Shown here one piece after another: positions 50,601 through 62,835 of a stretch of DNA of 64,000 bases (within the stretch, counting starts at the first letter, position 1; every line of letters starts with the position of its first letter). The DNA comes from Phoronis australis (Eukaryota > Animalia > Phoronida). The notes beneath the pieces were generated by a model. It was not told the DNA's origin. It ran no database searches and worked only from the letters and a program-made list of their open reading frames with translations. The position numbers and the translations under genes were made by a program. The stretch spans positions 1,064,474-1,128,473 of the forward strand of contig NMRA01000070.1 of assembly GCA_002633005.1 (NCBI GenBank), given 5' to 3'.

Positions 50601-53600
50601 ATTCAAAAAACTGGAAAATGTCACCATTTTATAACCGAAAGCCACTGACATTTCATGAAAATCCGTCACGAAACTTAGCAAAACAGAAAAAATGAAATTG
50701 CCATTAGGTGACAAAGGTTCATTGGATCCGTCTGAAAATTGTTGTCTTCCGTTGTCAACGTCATATATTAAATACAAATTTAATAAACATTCTCCAGAGG
50801 GCTTAGGACAGCTAAGGATGCAAAAAAACTGCCACTAGGAGGCGCCACAGTAACTGAAGCCAGAAAATCATCATCAAACATCCTCTTCACACTAACAATA
50901 TAAAGCCAATTTTCACAATCACCCCAAAAGTGGTTTAGTTGACAGAGGGCGGCCAGCAAAAACAGACTAGAAAACAATAAAAATGGCCACTAGATGGCAC
51001 AAAATATGTCAAATCCATCTGAAAACCAGAAAATGTCACTCTTTCTTTAAAAGAAAGCTATTTAAGAAATTTCATGAAAATTCATCAAGGAACTTCAGAC
51101 AAACAGGAAAACAGAAAAAATGAAATTGCCACTAGGAGGCAGTGTTAGTTGGACCCGTCTGAAAGTCATAGTCTTCTGCTGTTAACTGCTTATATAAACA
51201 CATTTGCTAACATTTAATAAAGATCCTGTAGAGCGTTTAGGAGATACAGCCATGGGCGCAAAAATATACAAAACTCCCACTATGAGGCGCCAAAGTAGTC
51301 GAAGTCGTCGGAAAATCCTCGTCAACCTTCCTCTTCATATAGTAAAAACGATATCAATATGTGGGCGCATAAAAAGGCAAATAAATTTTAAGATGAATTA
51401 GGATCATGGTTTTTACATAAAAATGTGAAGACACCATGCTAATAAGATAACGTGAATCTATTTTGCTGATTCTGTCATGACAATATCCAGGAATATGACA
51501 ATAAATCATCATGGCATTTTGCAGATTGTTCACCAGGTTTACAGGTTTAGATGGAGGAGATTCCTTTTTTGACTGCTCATGACAATAACGGGGATATTCT
51601 ATTAACCACGATGATGCCAAGTGGGCTCCACTATACAAGAGATCTTCATGAATTATAAATCTTTAAATGGCGTTTTCTCACACGCAAAACATGACCTAAT
51701 TTTACCTTAGAACTGCGACACCATCTCCCCAGGAATGCTCAAAGTTGACACAGGTCTTACCAGCTTTGTTCATAATGAGAGAGAACGACTTGTCGTACCA
51801 CCTGTGATAAACGTAAAACGTAAAAGCAATAGTAGTTCGATCTACAAATGCTGCATACTATGGACAGGTAGTTTGGGTAAAACTACAGGAAACAACAAAA
51901 CCATGAAAACAAATTACTGGAGATAAAAAGCAATATTAAAATTATTTCAAAACAGCTAGCACTATGTCCTTAATCAGTCACAGTTCTACAAAACATACGC
52001 TAAAAAGAGTAGGCCATTCCTAGCAAACTGAATGCCTTACTGGACGTCTATCACATAATAGTTTGCATAGTTGTCAGGCAGTCTAGCCACAAACCAGGCC
52101 ACTCCCATACTTGAAGGCAAAGGTGCTTGTGCCTTTAGAGAAGGACTTGTTTCGCTGAAGGAAAAACTTTCCCGTACCCCTGGTCATGACCATTTCTTAC
52201 CCCGGTCACCACTCCTTATTGGCAATACCTCAAGTATTCAAAACTAAGGTTTCGAGTTACACCAATCTAGCACGGAATTTTTTGTCATTGGAGGGGAATG
52301 GTTAAGCAATGTATCTTACACAAGAGCAACACGGAGAGTTGAAATGCGCCTACGAATGCACCGTAAAGGGTGTGCTTCTAGAGTTGTTTAAAAATATTTC
52401 TTTTCATAAAAATGGCTACTAGATGGCACAAAAATGTCCAATCCATTTGAAAACGAGAACACACCATCACTTCTTTAATAGAAAGCTATTGACCAATGAA
52501 ATGTCATAAAAATCTGTCAAGCAACATCAGAGAAACAAAGGAAAACGGAAAAAATGGAATTGCCACTATGGGGCACAGCGTTCGTTGGATCCCCCTGAAA
52601 GACGTCGTCGTCTGTTGTTGGCTTATATCCTACGGTGGGTTTAGGAGATGCTGCTACGGGCACAAAACAAAACAAAACAATACTACCACCAGGAGGCGCC
52701 ACAGTATTCGAAGTCATCATCGTCAACCATATACACCAATTTTCAAAATCACCCTTAGAATGGTTTGATCGAGTGGTGGACACCAAAAAACTGACTAGAA
52801 AACAGCAAAAAAGACCACTAGATGATGCAAAGTATTCAACTCCATCCGAAAACAGGTGGATGGCATCATCTCACTAATAGAAACCTATATTCCAAATTTT
52901 CTGAAAATCCGTTGACAATCTTTGAAGATCCAGACAGGTAAACTTAAAAAATAAAATAAAGTTGCCACTAGGGGGCACACCGGTAGTCAGATCTGTTCGA
53001 AAGTTGTCGCTGTCCGTTGACAACATCATACAAATACACTTGCTAAATTTAGTTAAGATCCTGCAAACGGTTTGGGAGATAGTCAAGGGTGAAAAACACA
53101 AAACTGCCACTAGGAGGAGCCACAGTACTCGAAATCATCGGAAAATCATTATAAGCCGTCCTCTTTGTAATAAAAACATACATGTCAATTTTCATAATCA
53201 TCCTTAAAGTAGTTTCATAGAGTGGTGGACCCTACAAAACAGACTCGAAAACAGTAATAATGGCCACTAGGTGGCGCAAACTACGTTGAATCCATCTGAA
53301 AACGAAAAGATAGCGTCACGTACTGACAGATGCCTATATGCCAAATTTTATGAAAATACGTCGAGGACCTTTGAAGATACACATGACAGGAATACGTAGA
53401 AAAACTAAAATTGCCAATAGGGGGCACACTGGTAGTCGCACGGACAGAGATGACGGCATAATGCCTCCACAAATAAATAAGTGGGCGCATAATAAAAATG
53501 TCTCACATAACTATGACCATACAAACCACCATCAGGAGCAAAATTTTTCTTTCAAAATCAGGGGAATGACCCGGTATTTCAGAGTTCAAAATGAAGACGA

Positions 53601-56600
53601 AGTTATCGCATAACAAGCAAAGTACCTGTTAGCTGCATCTCCGTGCAGGAAGTCTTTACACAGTTGTATCACACTGTTGGGCTCATCGTCATCAAGTTGT
53701 AAGGCAAACACTGCCGAGTCTACCAGATGAAGTGTGTCACTATTCCCTGAAACAGTTGACAATATTACTTACCTTGTTCATGGTCTAACAGCCACTGGCT
53801 CTTTCACAGTACAAACCAAAAGTAATCAGACAAAATGACCCAAAATTCCCCTTCATGACGAACGGTCAGAAGCCAAATTCATTGTCAGAAAAGTCTCCCC
53901 TGATGTACGAGAATGAAGGAGAATTAACAGGGAAGTTAGTAAGGTGAATAAGCCATTTTGTAACTAGAATTTTGTCGCTCAAATAGTTAGTCCTAGCAGT
54001 TTTTGCTCTTAACAGGATTAGCCATCATGACTGGAAAATGGTATTTTGTGGTGATTACTTATAATTTGTCTTGTACAGTGCATGAACAGCATTTGTCTTT
54101 GAGGATATTCTTCAGAATATTAAATTAGAGGGTCCTACTTATAACACAGCTTAAACTCTGAGGTTACCAACAATGAAGATATAACTCTGATTAACACAAT
54201 CTTTACACTTAATGCAGCGATTTGCAAGCAGGGCCACACCACTTTAACAGGATTCTCGTCTAAATGTCCAAGGTTTGCAAGGCAAAATTTCTAAAAAGAA
54301 GTAATGTTGGTTGATCATAAAAGTAGTTTCATATGAATTCACATGAATGGCATGCATCCTTATACCTGTATTTTGCATATCATTCTGTTTTCCCCAATAC
54401 AGTCTTTATTTTGCTGTTACTGATATTGGTTGACAATGTGTTTGCTGTTCACCTCTCGCTTTAATTTCCACAAATGGTGCGATGTGATTATTGGTTGAAA
54501 AGAATTCTTATTAACTTAAACAGTTAATACAAGTTTTTCGTGCAAGGTTTATCATCAATTGTGATAATTTATATGTATTTATTTCTAATTACTGAGCCAT
54601 GGTAAACGATCAAAAAGGGTATCCACAATGAATGAATAGAATGATCATCAGACTTATCATTAATCAAAATGAGGAGTAAGCTAAACCTAATCGCACACCT
54701 AACTGCAGTAAAAATGATTGACAAACGGCCGGTCATTGCAGCAAAATTCTGGCATTTCCATCTCGACATCATAGTCATGACAGACGACTGTTATGACAAG
54801 GATTCCAGTTGTGACCAGCCATCATTACGAGGAGTAATGGGTCATTCTGGTTGACCCATAACTTACCAGCCTCCACTAGTTGTTCCCTGACTTTGGCCCA
54901 GGTGTCTCTGTTCTCTGCAGTGAGGACACCTATTGGATATTCAGCAGGGGGTCGATTGTCATTCAGAATGTATTGGATGTGTGCCAAAATATCCGTCTCA
55001 TCCACTATATTACCTGAATAAAAACAAAACATTTGTTAGTAGAACATAATGAATTTTGAGCAGAGTAGTGTACAGTATAAGCCAAAAGCATTCAGAAAAA
55101 TTGACCCAGAAACCCAAGCCATATCAACTGGGTGTCAGAAGAGTCTTCGTGACAGAGAATGAAGGGGAATTAATAGGAAAAAGAGTATTTTTGTCTGATT
55201 AAAATTTTGTCTTGCACAGTATTATTACATCTGGGTGAGACTAGACAAACAACAACGACTGTTTAATAATGGAAAATGTGAAACTTTAAGTATTCGTACA
55301 CAAAGAACATGATAATAATTGAAATATAATTGTCATAAATGAAGATGAATTTAAAATACTGAGGTATTGCTGAACGATAGATGTGTTACGGAAACTAAAA
55401 ATGTAGGACTGTTACAACGAGCACATTGACTATCTTACCATCTTTATCAAGAACATCGAACACATAGAAATGGCCTCGTCTCATCACCACCAGATGGCGT
55501 GCTGATGTGTCCGTAACTAGTTCATCTTTTTCTAACCTAAAAACACACATTTCAAATTTATGCTTTAAAAAATCAATTAGATGTTTAATATTAGAATGTT
55601 TTCCAGACAGGAAATTTCAGATTAAAACCATGCAAAGAGGATTCAGGATCATTTGTCAAAAAGTTGATAGCAAAGGAATGACAAGTTTTAATTGATAAAT
55701 AACTTCACAACTCTCACTAGAAATTTTGTGATGGGTAACAATCAACATGCTACTTAATTTGTAAGAGTTTTCATGCAAAAATGTATTACACATGATTTTG
55801 ATGAGAAAAATGTTTATGCTCACCTAGGAATTCTGGTAGAATTAAAAAGCCTTGGGAACTGGCTCATGTCAAGTGGATAGGCCTTGTACATCAGGGCACT
55901 TGCATAGAATGAGGCAAACTTTGGTACTCGTCTGAAACATATTAGCAAAAAGACATTATTTTTTTTATTAATACATGCAGAATTAACAAAATCATCAACC
56001 CAATACAACTGTCATTAGATAAAATTAAAAAAGTGTGAGCAATGAAAGTACATGAAAACAAATGCACACAATTGTTGTTACAAATTTGCCTATTTGACTA
56101 TTAGTTGGTCTTGATTAATCACATCAAAACCATGCAAAGCTCAGTGCATGACCAAATGTAAGCAACAAGACCAATGCAAAGCATTGACATTTGCCCCTGA
56201 CTGGATTGCAAATGGTATGCTTCTAAGGTTGCTTAGTTGGTGCACAATATGTTGTGCCTATCCAAAAATCTCAAATAGGGGCCCCACAGTTGTCGGACAC
56301 CTCCGGTAAAGTTGCTGTCAGTAGGAAAACATGATTTCGCCACAAAAAACAAGACTAAAAAACAATAAAAATGGCGCAAAATATATTGATTGGTGTTGTC
56401 GTGTCTTTAGAAAATCAACGTCAGCCATGTTCTTCTCTGAAGTAACACCTTTTGGAAACCATGGAAATAATCCCAACTTCAATTATTTAAAAGTGCCAGA
56501 ATTAGTGAAAAGGTACCCTCAAGAAAGAGGATTCTGATATGTTCTAAAATTAACCTAACAAACTTGCTTTATCTACATGCATTTTATCATTTTTGATCAT

Positions 56601-59600
56601 GTTGATTGATGATTAGGGAAGGCAAAGAATTTAACACATCCACACATATTTGTCAAGTTTATCAATTTTCATCCAGTCGGAGTTCCATCCACAATGCGGC
56701 AGTAATACTTTGTTGGCATTGGAACAATGTACAGAGTAACGCAGTCGAGATAAAACAATAGAACTACAAAATAATAACCTCCATTAGTGTGAAAATGAGG
56801 ATACAAAACTTTTAGATAGTGCAACATTATGGGAAATAAAGCGAGATTCGAGAGTCGCTGCGACAACACTAATTTCATGAGGATCTTTCCAGCGGTTCGG
56901 CAGACAGAAATGCAGACACCATAAACAGATTTACTAAATAACGAGAAGACTCTAAGTGGTGCAGAACTAATGGAATCAATCCTAAAATGTTTACACTAAG
57001 ACTATATCATAGATTCATAGCTGGGTAAAGTTTACAGTGAGAACTCCAGTGTTCACACAGGCAAGTCACTACTGTCATTTTCTCAAAGACACTACATTTT
57101 CCTTTATTTTCACACAGTAAAAGCAACACAATGTATGAAAGCCAAATAAACAGTTACTGTAACAAACATCAAACATCCCTAGCATAAAAGTTTTCCTGGT
57201 AATCACCTTATGATGTTACGATACGAAGCAGTGTCGGTCTTGCCAGGATTTAAGTGAAATACTTCTGGCTCCAGTAAACCATCTCTGTAGGTCTTCAAAA
57301 ACCTCATGGCAGAGACAATCATGTTTGTAGACCTAATCGCCTGAAAAAGATCTTATGTGTTAAAGAGTTACAAAAATTCTCCTTTTGACATATTTACACA
57401 TTTTTGTCACACGAATAATAAGTTTAGGTATTACCCATTGAAATAACAGCACTGAGATTGACCTTTTCATGAATGGAATGAGAACACGATGACATGTTTC
57501 AGTCTCAGGTCACGTGATGTCACCAAGACTTTATATTCCAAGTCTCTTCAGATACCATAGAGCAAACAAAAGTTAATACACTGGACTCTCTCGAACGATC
57601 ACTAAAATCACAGGATATCTGTTTATAGCAAAAATATTCGTAAAATGCTGGGGTTGCGTATCTGTTTTCATTTATTATTTAAGGTATGTACTAGTATCTA
57701 TTTGATTGTTTACCAATCTTAACGTTAGGCAATCTTGAACAAGAGCAACGCAGAGCGTTGAAATGCGCCCACAATTGCACCGCAAACGGTATCCTTCTAG
57801 GGTTGTTTATTGGTACCATAAAGTGGCCAGTAAAGGGCATATATGTAGTATGTTGTACTTAGCAAAATGAAAAGGCATGGTCACTGTCTCCTCAATAGGC
57901 TAGGGGCAAAATGTGAGTAATCTTCATAAAACAAGCGCATCCTATACACCAGTTGCTTAAAGCACCACAGAAACATAGAATTAAATTTAAAAATTTACCA
58001 ACATACGAGATTAGCACAGCATTAGAATGCCAGAAACAAATTTCTACTTGGAACTTTTCCTTCATAGTCACGAAGTAACACAAAGTATACATCTGAAGAC
58101 CTATGAAAATACAGAGGTCAATGTAACCACTAGAGGCAAATACTAAAATTGCCACTAGAGGCATACCGGTAGTCAGAATCATCCTAAAGTCGTCATCGTC
58201 CGTTGTCAACATCACATAAATACACTTGCTAAATTTAGTAAAGATCCTGTAAATGGTTTGGGAGATACAGCCATGGGCGCAAAAAAAAAACAAAACTACC
58301 ACTAGGAGGCGCCACAGTAGTCCAAATCATCTGAAAATCATTGTCAGCTGTCTTCCTTATAGTAAGCACATACACGCCAATTTTCACAATCATCCTTTGA
58401 GCGGTTTGGTTGATAGAGGGGTGGACGCAAAAATACAGACTCGAAAACAGTAAAAATGGCCACTAGGTGGCGCAAACTACGTCGAATCCATCTGAAAACA
58501 GTAGGATAGCGTCATCTCACTAATAGGTGCCTACATACCAAATTTCATGAAAATCCGTTCAATACTTTTGAAGATACAAAGGTAAGCGTAAAAAACTAAA
58601 ATTGCCACTAGGGGGCACACCGGTAGTCGGATCCGACCAAAAGTCGTCATCTTCCGTTGTTAACATCATATAAATATACTTACACAATTTGTAAAGATCC
58701 TGCGAACGGTTTAGGAGATACAGCCATAGGCGCAAAAAAACAAAACTGCCACTAGGAGGCGCCACAGTAGTCGAAATCGTCGGAAAATCATCGTCAACCA
58801 TCCTCTACATAGTAAGCATATACATGCCAATTTTCACAATCATCCTTTGAGCGGTTTGGTTGATAGAGGGGTGGACGCACAAAAACAGACTCGAAAACAC
58901 TAAAAATGGCCACTAGGTGGCGCAAACTATGTCAAATCCATCTGAAAACGGCAGGATAGCGTCATCTCACTAATAGGTGCCTACATACCAAATTTCATGA
59001 AAATCCGTTCAGGACTTTTGAAGATACAAAGGTAAGCGTGAAAAACTAAAATTGACACTAGGGGGCACACCGGTAATCGGATCCGTCCGAAAGTTCGCAC
59101 ATGCCGTCCCATTCATGAATGGAACATATGTGCCAAATTTCATGAACCTATGTCAAAGGGTTTTGGAGATAGAGCAGCGGACGCCGGACGCCGCTCGGAC
59201 GGACGGACAGAGATGACGGCATAATGCGTCCACATATAAATATGTGGGCGCATAAAAATGGAATAAAAGAGTCTACTCTTTGTTCCCACCTGCGTGTTGT
59301 ACTCTGGCTTGGGATCATCCACAAAGGCCATGAATGGATTGTGGTTCAACACAAGAGGGTCCCTATATTTCAGGTAGTAATCATACCAGGGTGCACTGAT
59401 GTAGCTGGTATGTTTGTTCTCTTTGTCAAATGCTATCAAGCGCTCGTGCATGACTGAAATACAGTTGGTGAACCTTTAAGATCAACATGTTCAGGAACAA
59501 CAGCATACTAAACAAGATAAACTAATTTTAGTAATCCCCATAACCTGCTTTAACAGGTCGCCGTGACTTGTTTGATTTTGCCTCTCACTTGTTTAAATAA

Positions 59601-62600
59601 CACACGGCACAGTTGATTTTTTTCATTCTGAACAAAACAAGAATCACTTTGTGCATTCACTGTGATATGCACGTGCTGCACACTATCTAAATGTTAAGCG
59701 TGGTTGTAAATGCGACCTGTTTGAATTTTTGAGTGCAGAGAACACTGAATTCTGTGCAACTCATTAAGGTTTATTTATTGAAGTCTTATGCAGCACTGGA
59801 GTTGCAAAATTCACACCAGAACAAAATAAACAAGTTTGCAGTGGAAATTTTTCCCATTGGACCAGTCACTGAACTCCATTGAGTCCACCCCTTTATGAAG
59901 TGCAATTATCAATAAGAACATTGACACATCAGATTTAGAATTAAAAAAATCATATGATGGACCAAAACTGTTTTTCCTTCAAAGAGAGTGATGCATAGGG
60001 GTTTAAACAATTCAGAATGTAAATTACAAGGGAAGAATCAAAGAGCATCGATAGGGTTTCTGAACGCCATCTATAGACAAATTTATCAACTACCTGACTG
60101 CACCAAGAGTTTCTCATTTACTGCTAACACCAAACAACATTTGGTATAATAGTTTCCATCTGAAGAATTAATGTATTAAGCCTTTGATTGCAATTTAAGC
60201 AATATTTTGTCCCAAAACAGAAGAATTTCACCATAATATTGACTATTGCCTTATAAACAGGTAACCAACAGCTACATACAGAGTGATGTCATCAGGTCAA
60301 GAATGGCCAAAGATACAGAAATGAAGTCAACAAATAATTGTGAGCTCCATGCAGTACAACCTTCAAAAACAAGAAGTGATAATTTGCCACATTTCAAAAC
60401 TCGATTTTTTGTGTACAAGATATGACGTCAAATAAAAACAAAACAATCGACACTCGCCGTCATGTGTAACAGGATGTCTTAGAATAGCCATATTACAGAA
60501 GCAGCACTATCTCCCAGTATCTTGTTAACCCTCTGAATTACAATAAAATTTCACCAATTCAGGACACAATATGGCAGACATGATCAGTAGACCCAAATAA
60601 ATGATGATGTACACCATAGCTGGTCGGCATCAGGCAATGTTTCTGAGAAATTTTGGACATGTTAGAAGTCTTTGAAAAAGAAAGAGACCAGTTGTGGAGA
60701 TTACTTTTTGCCAGAATTGTTGAATTTCACCGCATGCAAAATGTATACCCACCTTTTCCTGGTCCGTCCCTGAACTCGTTCGTAAGCATTGTGGTCTTCT
60801 CTAGCTCTTCAGGTGTGAGCAACGCCTCTTGGCTGGTCAGGTACCGTTGACACGTGTCTTCCAACTTGGGAATAGGTAGGCGGGGCAGGCTGTACTGGAA
60901 ATGATCAGTGGGCACGATACTGCGCTGAAAGTACTCTCTGTCACCTGATGGCGCCAATGTGCTACTGAGGCAACTCTGTTGACCGGATGTCAATGGCAAC
61001 TCCTGCAACTGAAAGATTTAACCCGTTAGCAACTAGGGCTCCTCGGCTTAAAAGTGCCAAACAATGACCAAATTCCCTTATGAAAATTATTTAAACTTGT
61101 TTGAAATTCCCCTCATCAGGCTCAGCCCCCNNNNNNNNNNNNNNNNNNNNNNNNNNNNNNNNNNNNNNNNNNNNNNNNNNNNCCCCCCCCCCCCAAAATG
61201 ATTAAAAAGTTTCCCATCACTTAAGCAAACTGTTAGTTTTCATATTGAGTACTTGAAGCATTGCCAATGAGGCGGGTGGTAATCAAGGGGCAAAATTGGG
61301 GATGCCAGGTGGATTTAACACGTTCCCATTAGAATTAAGGCATAGACTCAAAGGTGAGAGTGGCTCCTGTGTTTTAATCTAACATGTTGTCAAATAAATC
61401 AACAGTTAAACAAATCACCAAGGAAAACTAAAGTAAAATTAATCGTAAATCATGACAAAAATAGCAGAACACGGAATTTTCTGACCCAAAAGACCTCAAT
61501 ATAGTCAATTCGTGAACTCTAAAACCTTGTCAAAACAATCCAACAGAAGCACGATATAGGGTAATTAAAATGTAAACGCGTATTTTAAAATGTGTCGTAA
61601 TCGACACATTTCCTTTCCCGAGGGAAACCCACCGAAACCTCCTGATCATCTCACCCCACGATCACCTGAACGCTTGTGGGCGGTACGCAAACCTCTAATC
61701 AGTCCTCCACCAACCTGGGGGTAACAGTGGATTGCATCGTGACCCTGCGCTTGTTGTTTGCTGCTAGAACAGAGGCAAGCTGTGGATCGCGGCACTTCAG
61801 ATACACATGCAGGGATAGGTACGAGTACGACTAGGCACTTGTGAAGGGAATATGGATTTAACGTGACTATAGATTAACAAAAGTGGTTGAGACTGAAAAT
61901 AAGTTCCCAGGTCTGGCAGTGAACACATAGACAGACACCAGTGATTGACTCATTTAGCCACTCACCTAGGCAGTGACCACAGTCTGTACTGGCACCGCCA
62001 GTGGAGACGGTGGAGCTCCTATACGTGCCTCATATGGCGGAAGCTTTTCGGCGAATTATGCCTCACACTGACTAAAACAACACCTTATTATAAATACCTT
62101 TTGTGTATAGAGGGACACCTTAGGAGGCTGTCGGTGTATAATTCCTTCAAACTCGACGAAATACTCTTGTTTTCAAACTTTTTTTAACAGTCCCTCATTC
62201 AGGTGGTATGACATATCCCCTGGCGAGCGCAAAGTGAAACTGAATGAGGGACTGCTCGAAGAAAAAGTTTACTAACATGCAAGAGTTGGAAGGAATTAAA
62301 TACACCGACGGCCTCCTAAAGGTGTCCTTCTATGCAAAAAACGTTACTTATAACAACCTGACTTTGATATTTTAGTCAGTGCGATGCATAATTCGTCGAA
62401 AAGCTCCGGCGTATGAATTAGTGCCTATAGGAGCTATACCATCTCTACTGGAGTACTGGTGCCAGTAGTGTGATAATCAATTACAAGTAGGACCATAATG
62501 GCGATGGTCAAAATTGTCCATGGAAACCACCAGGGTACATTGAGCGAATCTCTCATTCAGAGCTGACTTATGAACTAAAACATTATTAATTGTACATTAG

Positions 62601-62835
62601 CAAATGATCCCCGGGCCCTTGGCTTGGCTTTGCCTTTCAGCATTGCCAGTGATTAGTAGTGGGACTTGGTTGATGGGCTCTGATTGCGAGAAACAGTTTC
62701 AATTGCAGGCATTACAGTGATTAATTCTCTGCCTGGGTATTATGACCGGCTTATCATGCTTACACATCCTGGAAGTTTTGTAGGCTTCAGAAGGAGTCTG
62801 GAGGGTGGTGAAAACAAGCCGACCCTAGCAAACAT
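44563..62835 (-). CDS. CPT2: Carnitine O-palmitoyltransferase 2, mitochondrial, about 667 aa, 14 coding exons
   Basis: [38 protein letters not shown], catalytic [41 protein letters not shown]. All 13 introns are GT-AG with matching phases, and the summed CDS is 2004 nt. Confidence 0.95.
45403..45594 (-). CDS. CPT2: CPT2, coding exon 13
   Basis: GQGFDRHLF...[13 protein letters not shown]. Confidence 0.93.
46832..47051 (-). CDS. CPT2: CPT2, coding exon 12
   Basis: [27 protein letters not shown]. Confidence 0.93.
47455..47826. mobile_element. Foldback (long inverted repeat) element in a CPT2 intron
   Basis: Arms of about 165 bp, e.g. AACAGAAATAAAGTAAAATCAAACAC versus GTGTTTGATTTTACTTTATTTCTGTT. 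Confidence 0.85.
47976..48145 (-). CDS. CPT2: CPT2, coding exon 11
   Basis: [12 protein letters not shown]...[22 protein letters not shown]. Confidence 0.92.
48741..48977. mobile_element. PIF/Harbinger-type MITE
   Basis: TIRs GAGCCCGTTCCAAGAAAACTG and CAGTCTCTTGGGACGGGCCC, with 3-bp CAG on both flanks. Confidence 0.75.
49235..49462 (+). mobile_element. tRNA-derived SINE, degraded
   Basis: A box TGGCCTACTGG and B box GAGTTTGAGTCCC, followed by a body and an AT-rich end. Confidence 0.6.
50251..50351 (-). CDS. CPT2: CPT2, coding exon 10
   Basis: [11 protein letters not shown]...VTRL. Confidence 0.92.
50600..51375 (-). mobile_element. Helentron/DINE-like element, partial copy
   Basis: GCCACTAG core repeats and terminal ATGTGGGCGCATAAAAA. 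Confidence 0.75.
51706..51801 (-). CDS. CPT2: CPT2, coding exon 9 (catalytic His)
   Basis: [32 protein letters not shown]. Confidence 0.95.
52319..53498 (-). mobile_element. Helentron/DINE-like element with a tandem core
   Basis: Both ends are shared with the 57738-59258 copy (ACAAGAGCAAC..GTTGAAATGCGCC and GGACAGAGATGACGGCATAATGC..GTGGGCGCAT). Confidence 0.85.
53626..53746 (-). CDS. CPT2: CPT2, coding exon 8
   Basis: [19 protein letters not shown]...FLHGDAANR. Confidence 0.92.
54867..55013 (-). CDS. CPT2: CPT2, coding exon 7
   Basis: GNIV...[15 protein letters not shown]. Confidence 0.92.
55439..55536 (-). CDS. CPT2: CPT2, coding exon 6
   Basis: [32 protein letters not shown]. Confidence 0.92.
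55824..55931 (-). CDS. CPT2: CPT2, coding exon 5
   Basis: [19 protein letters not shown]. Confidence 0.93.
57207..57340 (-). CDS. CPT2: CPT2, coding exon 4
   Basis: [17 protein letters not shown]...[10 protein letters not shown]. Confidence 0.92.
57738..59258 (-). mobile_element. Apparently complete non-autonomous Helentron/DINE-1-like element (HINE) with a 450-bp tandem core
   Basis: Subterminal inverted repeats ATGCGCCCACA (57763-57773) and TGTGGGCGCAT (59243-59253). Hairpins CAACGC-AGA-GCGTTG (57746-57760) and 59224-59253. (GGAC)n microsatellite at about 59197-59210. Core period is 450 bp (CACTAGGTGG at 58461 and 58911). Confidence 0.85.
59290..59453 (-). CDS. CPT2: CPT2, coding exon 3
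   Basis: [31 protein letters not shown]. Confidence 0.93.
60753..61008 (-). CDS. CPT2: CPT2, coding exon 2
   Basis: [28 protein letters not shown]. Confidence 0.92.
61131..61182. other. Assembly gap (52 N) within a poly-C run
   Basis: Directly visible. Confidence 1.
61987..62467. mobile_element. Foldback (long inverted repeat) element in the first CPT2 coding intron
   Basis: Arms of about 215 bp (TACTGGCACC...CAGTCCCTCATTCAG and CTGAATGAGGGACTG...GGTGCCAGTA) around a spacer of about 37 bp. Confidence 0.85.
62764..62835 (-). CDS. CPT2: CPT2, putative coding exon 1 (mitochondrial targeting peptide)
   Basis: [24 protein letters not shown] is basic with no acidic residues. The phase-0 GTAAGC donor fits the exon 2 acceptor. 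Confidence 0.7.

Noticed and set aside
55487-55500. CTCF-like CCACCAGATGGCG
   Set aside because: Lies in a CPT2 coding exon (RHLVV codons), so it is probably coincidental.
50600-59258. Regularly spaced short motifs resembling a CRISPR array
   Set aside because: Eukaryotic intron; the intervening sequences are homologous to each other, and there are no cas genes.
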